Below are positions 1-10,470 of a DNA stretch of 64,000 bases, piece after piece. The notes beneath the pieces are model-generated. The model was not told the DNA's origin and did no database searches. It worked only from the letters and a program-made list of their open reading frames with translations. Within the stretch, counting starts at the first letter, position 1; each line of letters opens with the position of its first letter. Where the stretch lies: NCBI GenBank assembly GCA_964016885.1, contig OZ024742.1, positions 95,356,001 through 95,420,000 of the forward strand, given 5' to 3'. The translations under genes were made by a program, and so were the position numbers. The stretch comes from Eledone cirrhosa. Lineage: Eukaryota.

Positions 1-237
1 AAAAAAAACCACACAGTCCACGCTGTAATGTGGTCGTGTAGGTAACACGGTAAAAACCTTCCAGTCCACACTGTAAACGTGGTTGGTGTTAGGAAGGGCA
101 TCCAGCCGTAGAAAACCCGCCAGACAGTCCTATACGAGCAGGACAACCAATCTTGCCTCAAGTGGGAAAACTCCCGTCCAAACCCATGCAAGCGTGGAAG
201 ATGGACGTTAAACGATGATGATGATGATGATGATGAT
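1..237 (+). mobile_element. 3' end of an RTE-family-B LINE or its non-autonomous derivative, (GAT)n tail
   Basis: GGTGTTAGGAAGGGCATCC motif, terminal stem-loop CGTCCAAACCCATGCAAGCGTGGAAGATGGACG, then (GAT)n. It is the reverse complement of 55009-55360 with one copy of the internal unit instead of two. Confidence 0.8.
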
Positions 238-249
238 ATATATAAGTGC

Positions 250-387
250 TAACACAACAGTTAGTTCACCGTACCAAGAACAATTGTTTCACCTTAGCGG
301 ATCTTCAGCTCGTACTGGTCATGGTTATACGGAACATGACTAAGGGGTAACAATTGTTCTCTGTATGGTGAACTAACTGTTGTGTTA
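250..387. repeat. Imperfect inverted repeat, ~47-bp arms (250-296 / 341-387)
   Basis: TAACACAACAGTTAGTTCACCGTACCAAGAACAATTGTTTCACCTTA pairs with TAAGGGGTAACAATTGTTCTCTGTATGGTGAACTAACTGTTGTGTTA with a few mismatches. Confidence 0.85.
271..315 (-). ncRNA. Candidate minimal type I hammerhead ribozyme
   Basis: Minus strand: GUACGAG-CUGAAGA-UCCGCUAAGGU-GAAA-CAAUUG-UU-CUUGGUAC. Core CUGANGA/GAAA/UH intact, helix I pairs with one bulge, helix III is palindromic, helix II is weak. Confidence 0.55.
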
Positions 388-464
388 CCCCATCTACCTA
401 ACTCGTCCCATGGACTGAGTGCTCTACCACTACGGATATTACCTACCAGTGTTCTACCTCCCTC

Positions 465-552
465 CCTCTCTCTCTCTCTCTATATATATATATTTATATA
501 TATATATATATATACAATGTATATATATATATATATATTTGTATATATATAT
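465..552. repeat. (CT)n/(TA)n microsatellite
   Basis: Direct reading. Confidence 0.95.
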
Positions 553-684
553 CCGACAAACTTTTGATTACAGAATCAGGCTCGATCTTGTCTTGAGCTG
601 ATTGATAGAGAAACATATGTAATATGATATTAAATATGATATGATGCAACACTGAATCTTCCTTCTTTATCATTATAAAATTAT

Positions 685-1023
685 ATCATCATCATCATCA
701 TTTTACGTCCGCTTTTCCCTGCTTGCAAGGGTGGGACAGGAACTGATTCTGGCTTGATTTCTACAGCTGGATGCCCTTCCTAACACCAACCTCATTTACA
801 GTGAGTGCTGGGTGCTTTTTTGCCATGGCGCCTACACGACCACTTTGCAGTGGAATGATAGGGACCCCAGTCCTATCATCTCATTTCTACAGCTGAGTAA
901 ACTGGAGCAATGTGAAATAAAGTGTCTTGCTCAAAGAAACAACACATCACCCGGTCTGAGAATTGAACTAACAACCTTTCGATTGCAAGGCCAATGCTCT
1001 AACTACTAAACCATGTGCCTCCA
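685..1023 (-). mobile_element. tRNA-headed SINE with CORE-like middle and RTE-derived bipartite tail (SINE family A)
   Basis: Minus strand: A-box-like TGGTTTAGTAGTTAG, B-box-like GTTCAATTC, CORE-like TTGAGCAAGACACTT, RTE 5'UTR motif GGTGTTAGGAAGGGCATCC, last 45 nt matching the RTE 3' end at 3923-3967 with 2 mismatches, (GAT)n tail. Confidence 0.8.
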
Positions 1024-1219
1024 TATATATATATATATATATATACACAGTGACTGACTGGATCTCAAAATATTGGTTGCCAGGAGGAGACAAAGAGACC
1101 AACCCACTATTAATATGCTATCATTTAATTTTTATAACAAATAAATAAAATTTCCAAAATATCCTTTCTATTTCAGTGTATGCAATTGACCATAAAATTC
1201 TAAAGTGAAAATACAGATT

Positions 1220-2850
1220 TTAGAATAAATTAAGAACCAGATTGTGAGACAGTGTACCAGGGGAAAACCAGGAAATTGTAGAAAATTGTGTCTGAAATGA
1301 TTACAAGAAAGTGGCATGAAATTCCGCTTATGAAAGACTATTGAACAAAAAGAAGAATTGGGAGAGTGAAGGCATGCTCCAAGTAGATGTACCTGAGGGT
1401 CCAGCCTTAACAATTGACAGCAGTATGATAAAAAATAAATTGTGGATATGAAAGTAAGGAAGGCAGCTACTAAGATGCTAAAGACTTCCAGCGCAAGTGT
1501 CATACCCAATGAGTGGGGTATCAGTATCATTGTAACTTGCTATAAAGGCAAATAAGTTGCACTAGAGAGATATAACTCCAGACTCATTATGTTGATGAAC
1601 CAAGTCATGAACGTTACTGAAAGGGTTATAGTAGAAGTGATTAGAGTCAGAATCAAGCTGGATGAAATGTAGTTCAGTTTTGTGCCAGTCAGGGCCACTA
1701 CCAGTTCTCATTTTCTTGTAAGAAAACTGCAGGAGAAGCACTTGGCTAAAAATAAGCCACTGCACCTGGCATTTGTGAAGAAGGCCTTAAACAGGGTCAC
1801 CTACTGTGTAATCTTGTGAGCACTTAGGAATCTAAGTGTAGATAAATGACTTGCAAGGGCTATGCAGGTCATGAATAAAGGTGCAACTTGCAAGGTGAGA
1901 GTTGACAATGCGTAAAGCAATGGGGGTCCATCAGGGCTTAGTTCTCAGCCTGTTTCTGTTTATCACCCTCCTTCAGGTCATAACTGTGAAGTTTAAAGCT
2001 GGCTCCAGTGTGCTGATGAAATAATCTTCAAGGCTGAATCCACAGGAGAGTAAGAACTGAAATTCGAAGCATGAAAGAAAAAGCTAGAGTCTAAAGACCT
2101 AAAATTAAAAATAGCAAAGACAAACGTTAATAAGTAGGAAAGATGACAAGAAGCTGATACCATCAGGGAAGTTGCCTTGCTTGATGTGTTGAAAAGGGGT
2201 GGACAGAAATTCCAACAGGTTCAAACAGTGTAATATATGTACATACAAGAGACTTTTGAGGCTTACAGGCAAGTTAAAAGAGAAGATAAACGTTATATGC
2301 AACAAAGGAAAATTAAGCACTAAAAAATATGTGAAATAGAATCCCTCAGTTTCCAGGGGGGCTCACCAGAAGCTGTTGACAGCTTTTGTTACATAGGTCA
2401 CATAATCAACAGTGCAGTAGCTAAAAAGACAACAGCCTGGAAAATATTTAGGGAGCCAGTACCTCTGCTGATAAAAAGGGCTTTCTCTCAGAGGGAAAGG
2501 TAGACTTTATGATGCATATATGTGCATTCTAGATGGCTGTAAGGAACAGGCCTTGATTATAGAAAACTTGCAAAGGCTAGAAAGAAATGAAGCAAGTATT
2601 CTCTGGTGGATGCATGATGTTAGTTTTTATGAATGACTTAGCATAAGTGATGTATATGGAAGATGCAGGGCTGTATAAAGAAAAGAACAGCAGAAACATT
2701 TCAGTTTATGAGATCAATGGAAAACGTAGACCCAGGAAGACATAGAATGAAGTAGTGATAACTGAGCTTAGGAAGCTGAATCTCCTGACAGAATAGGCAA
2801 AAGGTGATGATGATTAATAACATGTGGTTCTGGAGAAGACTTGTTTACCA
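1220..2850 (+). pseudogene. Decayed RTE LINE (RT region to 3' end)
   Basis: Frameshifted remnants collinear with the RTE at 3930-5816: DEMxFSF, KNKPLHLAFV, VHQGLVLS, CADE (=YADD), PHD-like cysteines, RLERNEASILWWM. Confidence 0.85.
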
Positions 2851-2934
2851 GAATAAGTTTGTAACTTGATACACCTTTACTCCATCTCATAAAGGCTAAA
2901 GCTGATACATTTTGGCTCCAATGTCATCACAATT

Positions 2935-3075
2935 TAATTTTTCCAGCTGAATGGACTAGCACAATTTGAAATAAAGTCTTGCTCAACAACACATCGCACT
3001 GCCCAGCCTAGGAATCAAACTCACAATCTTATTATTGTGTGCCCAATATCCTAACGACTAAGCCATGTGCCTTCC
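2935..3075 (-). mobile_element. tRNA/CORE-like SINE head, decayed
   Basis: Similar to 880-1023 (AATAAAGTCTTGCTCAA ... CTAAGCCATGTGCC). A similar head lies at 21645-21782. Confidence 0.6.
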
Positions 3076-3912
3076 TTGGCTAGTCATGACCTAAGGGTCC
3101 CCTTTCTTCTCCATTTCTATTTCTCAGAGATTTCTAAGGTTCTTTTGTTCCAATGTTAAAGGGTTCTCATCTTTCCCATCCCCGATTCCCAATTAGTGAT
3201 AAATTCACTTCCTACTCAAGAGAATGCAATGGCTTAAACATTTCCATTGCTGATGAGTGGCTAATTCTTCTGTTCATACCTCTCTAGTGCTATTGTTGTT
3301 CTATTGCTCCTCTTCTGTCCTTAGGCAACACACACTATTATTCTGTTTGAAATACTCTGGTTAGCTGACAACATGTACCACTTGTACTTCACAGTGAAGT
3401 ACTTAACAGTAGACATGCTCTAGTCACTGACAAACAATAGGTGTGCTCCAACAATACATATCAACAGACAATATTTACAACAGCAACACCATCCCACACA
3501 GGCTAGCAAGGACAAAATTAATTGAAAAACAGTTTATAAACTGAAACAGAAAACCATTCATTTTCTTTTTGTATGATTATTATTTGATTATTATTATTGT
3601 CGTTGTTGTTTTTTTTTAAATCAATCTTTTCATTAACAAATCTCAACAAAAGTAATTTAACATTAAAAGTGATTCTAAATGTGTGTTAATTGAAAAATAC
3701 AGCCATCACATAAAAATGTGTGACAAGGATGGAGAGAGAGGGGGAGAGGGAGGAAAGAGAGAGGGGAAGAGAAAAACAAAGAGAGGGGTGGTGGAATGTG
3801 AAGGTAAGGGGAGAGAGATTGAGGAAGTGAAAGAGAGAGATGGATGGAGCAGTGTGGTGGGAAGCTAAATTGAAATAAGAGACAGAAAGAAGCTGAAAAA
3901 TATATATATATA

Positions 3913-6900
3913 TCATCATCATCATCATTTTATGTCCGCTTTTCCCTGCTTGCAAGGGTGGGACGGGTCTTATTCAGCACAGCATCTCTCCACTCGTCAC
4001 GGTCCCTCGTCGTCTCCACCGTGAGCTTCAATGATCTGAGGTCTGTTCTCACCACCTCCGCCCATGTTTTTTGTGGTCTACCTCTACCACGTCTTCCTTC
4101 AACTGGCAATTCCTGGCACTTCTTCACCCATCGGTCATCCTCCATGTGCATCACATGTCTATACCACCTCAGTCTCCTCTCCCGTACACTACATTCTATC
4201 CCTCTCAGACACAGTTTCTCTCTCAACACATTTATGCTGGGTCGTTCACGCACATTTACACTGCACATCCAACGGAGCATGCTTGCCTCATTTCTCTCCA
4301 GCCGTCGCATATCCTCTGCAGTTGCTGCCCATGTCTCACTACCATGCAGCATCGCGCTCCTCACACAGGTATCATACAACCGGCCTTTCGTACGCAGGGA
4401 GAAACACTTCTTCGTCAACAGAGGAAGCAGCTCCCTAAACTTCTTCCAACCCATCCTTATTCTAGATACTATGGCCTCGGAACACCCTCCTCCCATGCTA
4501 ATCTGATCTCCTAGGTACCGGAAGCTATCCACCACTTCTATAGCGCCCTCTTGCATTTGAAAAATGTGTCTATCAGTGCGACTTCTACTGTCTAATTTCC
4601 CTGTACATCTACTGCATACATATTTCTCCCTACCTGTTAGTTTGCCTGCTATCCCGCTACATCTCTTGTGTACCCAGGATCTGCATTGTGTGCATTTTAT
4701 AGAATTTATGCAAGTGCCTTTTCTGCATATCGAACATGGCCATTTCCCTGACGGAATCAGGGTTTTGTCCTCTTTTCTACTCATCAACACTTTTGTCTTA
4801 GCTAGATTCACTCTCAGTCCTCTTGCTTCCAACTGCTGTTTCCATAGCCAGAATTTATTCTCTAGCTCCTCTACTGATTCTGCTATAAGAACCAGATCGT
4901 CAGCGTAGAGAAGTTCCCATGGACAGCCAGTCTTAACCTCCTCTGTTATGGCTTGGAGGATTATAATGAACAAGAGCGGGCTGAGGACCGAACCCTGATG
5001 TACTCCTACTTGTATCTGGAATTCCTCACTAAACTCCATTCCTACCGTGACTTTACTGAGAGTACCTCTGTACAAAGTTTGCACTGTCCTCACAAGCCAT
5101 TCCTCAACACCTAGCTTCCTTAGGGACCACCAGATGACAGATCGGGGTACCCTATCAAAGGCCTTCTCTAGGTCAACAAAGGCTAAGTATAGTGGCTTAT
5201 TCTTCTCTAAGAATCTCTCTTGCAATTGTCTCACCAAGAAGAGGGCATCTGTTGTACTCTTCCCAGGCCCAAAACCAAACTGCATCTCATCTAGTTTGAC
5301 CCTTTCTCTAATTAGTTGTGCTAAAATCATTTCTGCCACTTTCATAACCTGATCTATCAGTTTTATACCCCCATAATTGCTCCTCTCCAAAGCAACCCCT
5401 TTACCTTTGTAGCAATTTATGAGAATACTGCTGCACCAGTCTTTGGGTATGACACCACCATATATAGCCTGATTGATGATGCGTGCAACCAGTTTAGTGC
5501 TTACGTCCCCTGATGCCTTCAGCATCTCAGCAACTATTCCCGATGGTCCGGCAGCCTTACCACTTTTCATTTCCCTAATCGCCTCTTGGACCCTATATTC
5601 GTCAATCTCAATAGCTGGTCCCTCTGTCGGATCCACCAAGGGTAATTTCTCTCTCTCCCATTCGTTCTCCACATTCATCAGTCTCTCATAATGACATTTC
5701 CAGGCCTCCTTTTTCTGATCATTCATGACACTAAGTACACCGGCATAATCCCGGACACATTTATCTCCAACAACATCCTGATTTGCATTGACACACTGCC
5801 TTGCAATGTGGAACACTGCACGCCTCTGATCTTCCCGTCACAGAACATTGGCAAACCTCCTACTCTCTGCCTCCCTGCGTGCTAAGTACACCTGACGTCT
5901 AGCTTCTCTCTTAGTGGCTGTATATTCTTCCCTACTCCCACCCTTTTTCCAAGCCTTCCATGCTAGTCTTTTGTCTCTAATAGCCTTATCTACTGTGCTG
6001 TTCCACCACCAGATCACTCTCTGTCTGGTTGGAGCTCTGCTCCAGCCACAGGTTTCATCAGTAGCCTGCAGCAAGTTGTCACGTAAGAAATTCCAGTTAT
6101 TATCTATATCATATGTCTCTAAATCGTCTTCTTTTTCGTCATATACATCTTGAAGGGCTTTCCTAAATTTGTATTTTAGTGAAAGGTCTTTTAGCTTCCA
6201 GACCTTTCTTCTCCACACCTTCCTATATGTTTCATTCCATCTCTTGCTTACTGAGATATCACTAACAACTAACCTATGCTGTGGGGTACATTCTTCCCCA
6301 GGGTATGCCTTGGTATTAGACACTATCTGCCTGTCCCGCTGCCTAACTAGCAGGAAGTCAATCTGGCTTATGTGCTCACAAGATTTGTAGGTTATTAGGT
6401 GATTGGCAGGTTTCTGGAAGTTTGTGTTGCAAATAGTCAATGTACCCGCATCACAAATTTCAAGAAGTCTCACTCCTTCTTCATTTCTTGAACCATAACC
6501 GTGCCCACCATGTACCCCAGTGTAACCATCCTGGAGCTGTCCAACATGACCATTGAAGTCTCCTGCTAGCATAACAATGTCTCCGTCCTCTGTCATTGCG
6601 GTTGTTTGCAAAAGTTGCTCATAAAAGCAGTCTTTCTCATCTTTGCCTAGGCCTGCTTGGCGAGCATAGGCCGAGATGATTGTCAGTAGTCTCCTACCTA
6701 CAACTAATCTAAGCTTAATTATTCGATTACTAACTCGAACTACCTCTATTGTCTTATTGATCCATTTCTCAGCCAGGAAAATGCCTACTCCCCCTAGCCC
6801 ATAATCCTTACCTACCCAGAATAGCTTATAGCTAAGACGCTTGCCTACGACTAGTCTCGCAGAGGCACCTCTCCATCTCACCTCTTGCATGCAGCACACA

Positions 6901-7191
6901 TCCACCTGCCTTCTCTCCAGCATCTCCGCTATTTCAGCAGATCTACCTCTGAGAGTGCCAACATTAAGTGTTGCAACTCTGAGATGCGACGTCTTCATAT
7001 TTTGTTGTTGTTCCTATTTGTTGCTGTGCTGATAAGAGTTTTGGCATTGATACACTGGTTGGATGCCCTTCCTAACACCAGCGCCACTTTACAGCATGGA
7101 CTGGGTGCTTTTATTTGTGCCACCAGCACTAGAGAGGATGTCTTACTAGACTCAAGGGCCCTCTCTACCCCTCCATTTTACAGCATGGTCA
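3913..7191 (-). mobile_element. Near full-length RTE-clade non-LTR retrotransposon (family A)
   Basis: Single APE+RT reading frame, ~190-nt 5'UTR with GGTGTTAGGAAGGGCATCC, very short 3' end with (GAT)n tail. AAAAATATATATATATA on both flanks is a possible target-site duplication. Confidence 0.95.
3930..6998 (-). pseudogene. RTE ORF: AP endonuclease + reverse transcriptase, 1022 codons, one premature TGA at 5838-5840
   Basis: APE motifs TLNVGTL, MQEVRW, AGDFNGHVG, SQIDF, QHRLVV. RT motifs GKAAGPSG, QFGF, FVDLEKAFD, HQGSVLSP, YADD, FRYLG, RGRGRP. ORFs 5838-6998 and 3930-5816 are in frame, separated by the stop plus 7 codons. Confidence 0.95.
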
Positions 7192-7202
7192 TAAAAAAAA
7201 AA

Positions 7203-7203
<1 letters not shown>

Positions 7204-7283
<80 letters not shown>
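7204..7283. repeat. (TA)n microsatellite
   Basis: Direct reading. Confidence 0.95.
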
Positions 7284-7287
<4 letters not shown>

Positions 7288-7770
7288 GGTAAAGAGGGGG
7301 TAGTGGAGTGTGAAGGTAAAAAGAAAGAGATACAGAAAGTATGAGACTGAAAAGGTGAGAGAGAAGAGAGAGAAAGAGGAAAGAAAGTGTAGTGTGACAA
7401 TAAATGGGGAGAGAGACAAGATTAAAAAGGAAGAAAGAGAGATAGAGAGATAAGGGGAGGGGTGGAGTGTAAAAGTAAATGGAAAGATAGAAAGAGAGTG
7501 AGAAAGAGAGAGTTGGGTGCAATGGAGTGTGAAAATGAAGAGTATAACAAATTATTTTCTTTCACATATCAAAATACGAGTTTTTATTATATTTAAATGA
7601 AAGCAAAAAGAGAAATTGTTATACTTTGGGAGGGTCATGTTGCCAATAAGAAACACACGCACCAGTTGCTTTCGCTTCAATTTATTATATATTTATAAAT
7701 TTATAAATTTACAAATTTATAAATTTCTGGTTGGTTGGTTGGTTCCACAACCAGATAGTTGTTTATATAT

Positions 7771-7815
7771 AGTCATAGTTCTTTCATCACACACTCTGTG
7801 ACCTCTTCAGTGACT
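7771..7815 (-). ncRNA. Candidate minimal type I hammerhead ribozyme in Penelope-like pseudo-LTR
   Basis: Minus strand: AGUCA-CUGAAGA-G-GUCAC(AGAGUGU)GUGAU-GAAA-GAAC-UA-UGACU. Helix I is a perfect 5 bp, helix II 5 bp, helix III minimal; same strand as the GIY-YIG ORF. Confidence 0.65.
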
Positions 7816-8015
7816 GGAGATTCCTTTCTTTGTTTCTGTGCCTCTCCTTTGTTCTGTCCTACGCCATTTTGTTTCTGTGTGTGTGTTGTGTGCTCAGTCT
7901 GCGCATGCGCCACATCCGGGTGTCTGTGTGTGTTTATGTTCATTTATTTATTTGTTTATTTACATGTTACTGGTTGGTTGTTTGTTCTATGTGTGTGTGT
8001 GTTTTCATTTTGTCC

Positions 8016-8645
8016 TTAATTGTAAGTTGTGATGTTGCTGTTCCACTCATATTTTCTATTTAATTTTGTTTGTAATTCTTTTATGTTTATTGCCTCTGTA
8101 ATTTGTCTAAACATTGCGTCTTTTCTGTGTGTAGATTCTATTTTTATTTCTATGTTCTCTAATTTACCCTTGTGTTCTATCTTAGCATGTTGGTAGAGTA
8201 CAGATGATTCTTTATTACCTTGAAGGTCTCGCCAGTGTTCATTTATCCGTTCCCCTACACTACGAGCTGTCTCACCTATGTACACTATATTTTTGTCTCT
8301 ACATTGTCCTTCAGTACATCTTATGCTATACACTACATTTCTAGTTTTACAGTTAATATGGGGGCTTATTTTACAGGTTATACATTTCTTATCTATACAT
8401 GAGGGTCTTTGAAAAGGGTATGTCTTGCTAATAAGTGTTTTTACGGAGGTACCTGGTCTTTCTACTATCTTATTATTGAGTTTATGTTTATTTAGGGCCC
8501 TTCTAAATTTGTAAGCTAATTCACCTCTAGGGGTTGTATTGATGAACATTACACTCTGGTATTTATTGCTATCATACCATGAGTTTATTCTATTAGCCTT
8601 GTTCCTAGTTCTTTCTATTCTATTCCAAAATTTGCTCCTATACAA
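8016..8645 (-). pseudogene. Penelope-like element C-terminus: Cys-rich linker + GIY-YIG endonuclease (partial)
   Basis: CIDKKCITC linker, NVVYSIRC...YIGETARSVGERINEH, downstream H..EH and EAINIK...LN motifs. The RT core is missing. Confidence 0.85.
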
Positions 8646-8942
8646 GGGTCAGGTCCCAATTATGTCATTATTTACCATTTTTTTTTAATTTTTTTTTTTT
8701 ACCATTCTTTACCATTTTTTTCTCACTCTCTTTCTCACTCTTTTTCTCACTCTCTTTCTCACTCTCTTTCTCAAAAAGAGAAAGAAGGAACGTTTAGTTT
8801 ATAAATGCCATATAATTCTAGTTGGACTATTGCTTTTATTCCCCATTATCACTTGGTTAATCTTTGTTTCATATTTTCTGTGAAGGTGCATGTCTTAGTG
8901 GGTAAGGTGCTAAACTGGCTGTATTAACCCTTGGCTTCATCC

Positions 8943-9183
8943 TTAACCCTTCAGTTACCAACCCAACCCAACCCAGCCCAGCTCTGGTTCTATGAAATAA
9001 AACCACCCTTTTAAAAGTTTTCCAATTTAAATTAAAATCAACATAATTTTATATAAAAACCTTATATTAAGTTACTATCTAACTAATGAAATAATTAATA
9101 ATTTTAGAAAATCTCTCAAAATCCTTCATCAACTAATTAAAATGAAATATATTTCATTAGAAATATGGTCATGAAAGGGTTAA
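8943..9183. mobile_element. TTAA-flanked MITE (piggyBac-like termini) inserted in a decayed SINE head
   Basis: TTAA-CCCTTCAGTTACCA ... TGGTCATGAAAGGG-TTAA terminal inverted repeats. Confidence 0.75.
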
Positions 9184-9269
9184 GCTTGGTAAGTCTCTAT
9201 TTCCTGTGTGCCCCTAAGCTTTTGCCTAGTCAGCCTTGTGAATAATATGGCCCTGTTGTTTGGCCCACA

Positions 9270-9520
9270 AACATATTGTCATGTGTTCAATTCCTGGATT
9301 GAGTAATACATTGTATTAGTGAGCAAGAAACTTATTTCCTGTTGCTCCAGTCTATTCAGCTGGAAAAATGTGCAGTGACGACTCTAGCGCCATGCTCTGT
9401 TTGCTTTTTTCTCTTCCTTGGAGGTATGGACACCTGTTGGTTTTCCTCAAGCTTGTGCTTCAGAGAGAAACACCATGCTCAGTCAGTGACCTTGTGTCAG
9501 TGACTTTAGTGAAGAAATAT
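9270..9520 (+). mobile_element. Decayed tRNA/CORE-like SINE
   Basis: GTTCAATTCC B-box, then GAGCAAGAAACTT...TTGCTCCAGTCTATTCAGCTG. Confidence 0.5.
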
Positions 9521-9809
9521 ATATACATCAGTGGCCTAATGGACAAGAACATTTCTATACTTAATTCTTAACATTTTACAATGATTTAGCAGAACATATC
9601 TAAAAACAAATTTGTTAATTCAATATTTATTGTATCTTTACTACTGGACACTTCATTGTAAAAATTTGCAAAAGTTTTCAATATGATACATTGTTGTTTT
9701 GTATTTTTTGTTAAATGGCGAGGTAATGTTGTTTCAAGTTCTGACAGGAATTATATACATATCCAAGAAAATACACCTAACGACATTCACAAATGAAATT
9801 AGTGTCAAA

Positions 9810-10470
9810 ATCATCATCATCTTTATTTTTATATTTGCTTTCCATACTAGCATGGGTAGAATGGGTTGCCATGCTCTGAGACATGACTGGTTTAAAACCA
9901 TGTTTTGCACATAGGCTCAATATGTAGGTTGATTTCTATAGATAGATGCCCAGAGTATACTGGGAGTATTTCATCATGACTACCATTTTACAGAGTGTAA
10001 TGGCTACATCTTATCATGGTGCCAGTACTACCACTTTACCACATTTTATCATGACCCAGCACTACCATTTTACAGCATTTACTGTGTGCATATTATCATG
10101 GCAGCAGCACTACCATTTTACTATTCTTCAGTTTCTTTTTTAATGAGAAAATATATATGTTTGTCATCATCATCATTATCCTCATCATCATTTAATATCC
10201 CTGCTCCCATGCTGGCATGGGCTGGATGAATCACCACAGACTAAATCAGTAGTTATGAAAGGCTACTATCCTCTCAGACAGTCTTGTGGCCACATTTCCC
10301 TTACATATCTTCCATTTTTGGCATGTTTTGTATGGATGAACACCCCTCCTACCACCAACAACTATACAGGGTGTTCTGGGAGCATTTTATCATGGCATCA
10401 GCACTCTCTTGCCTTTGGAAGACTGGGTCAAAAATCAGTATGTTACTATTGACACCAGCATTTCTGGCCT
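9810..10470 (-). mobile_element. Two old RTE-tail non-autonomous elements with internal tandem units
   Basis: (CAT)n followed by CCATACTAGCATGGG (9842) and CCATGCTGGCATGGG (10208); repeated CACTACCATTTTACAG units. Confidence 0.55.

Larger units (their letters stand above)
7615..8686 (-). mobile_element. 5'-truncated Penelope-like element (3' ORF end plus pseudo-LTR/3'UTR)
   Basis: GIY-YIG-coding ORF followed by a non-coding tail containing a hammerhead motif. A relic of the same tail is at 14384-14547. Confidence 0.8.

Noticed and set aside
940-1023. tRNA genes at SINE heads
   Set aside because: Only A/B-box-like motifs remain, no complete cloverleaf is evident, and they are fused to SINE bodies.
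3958-6390. Plus-strand ORFs overlapping the RTE
   Set aside because: Antisense shadows of the RTE coding frame with no independent motifs.
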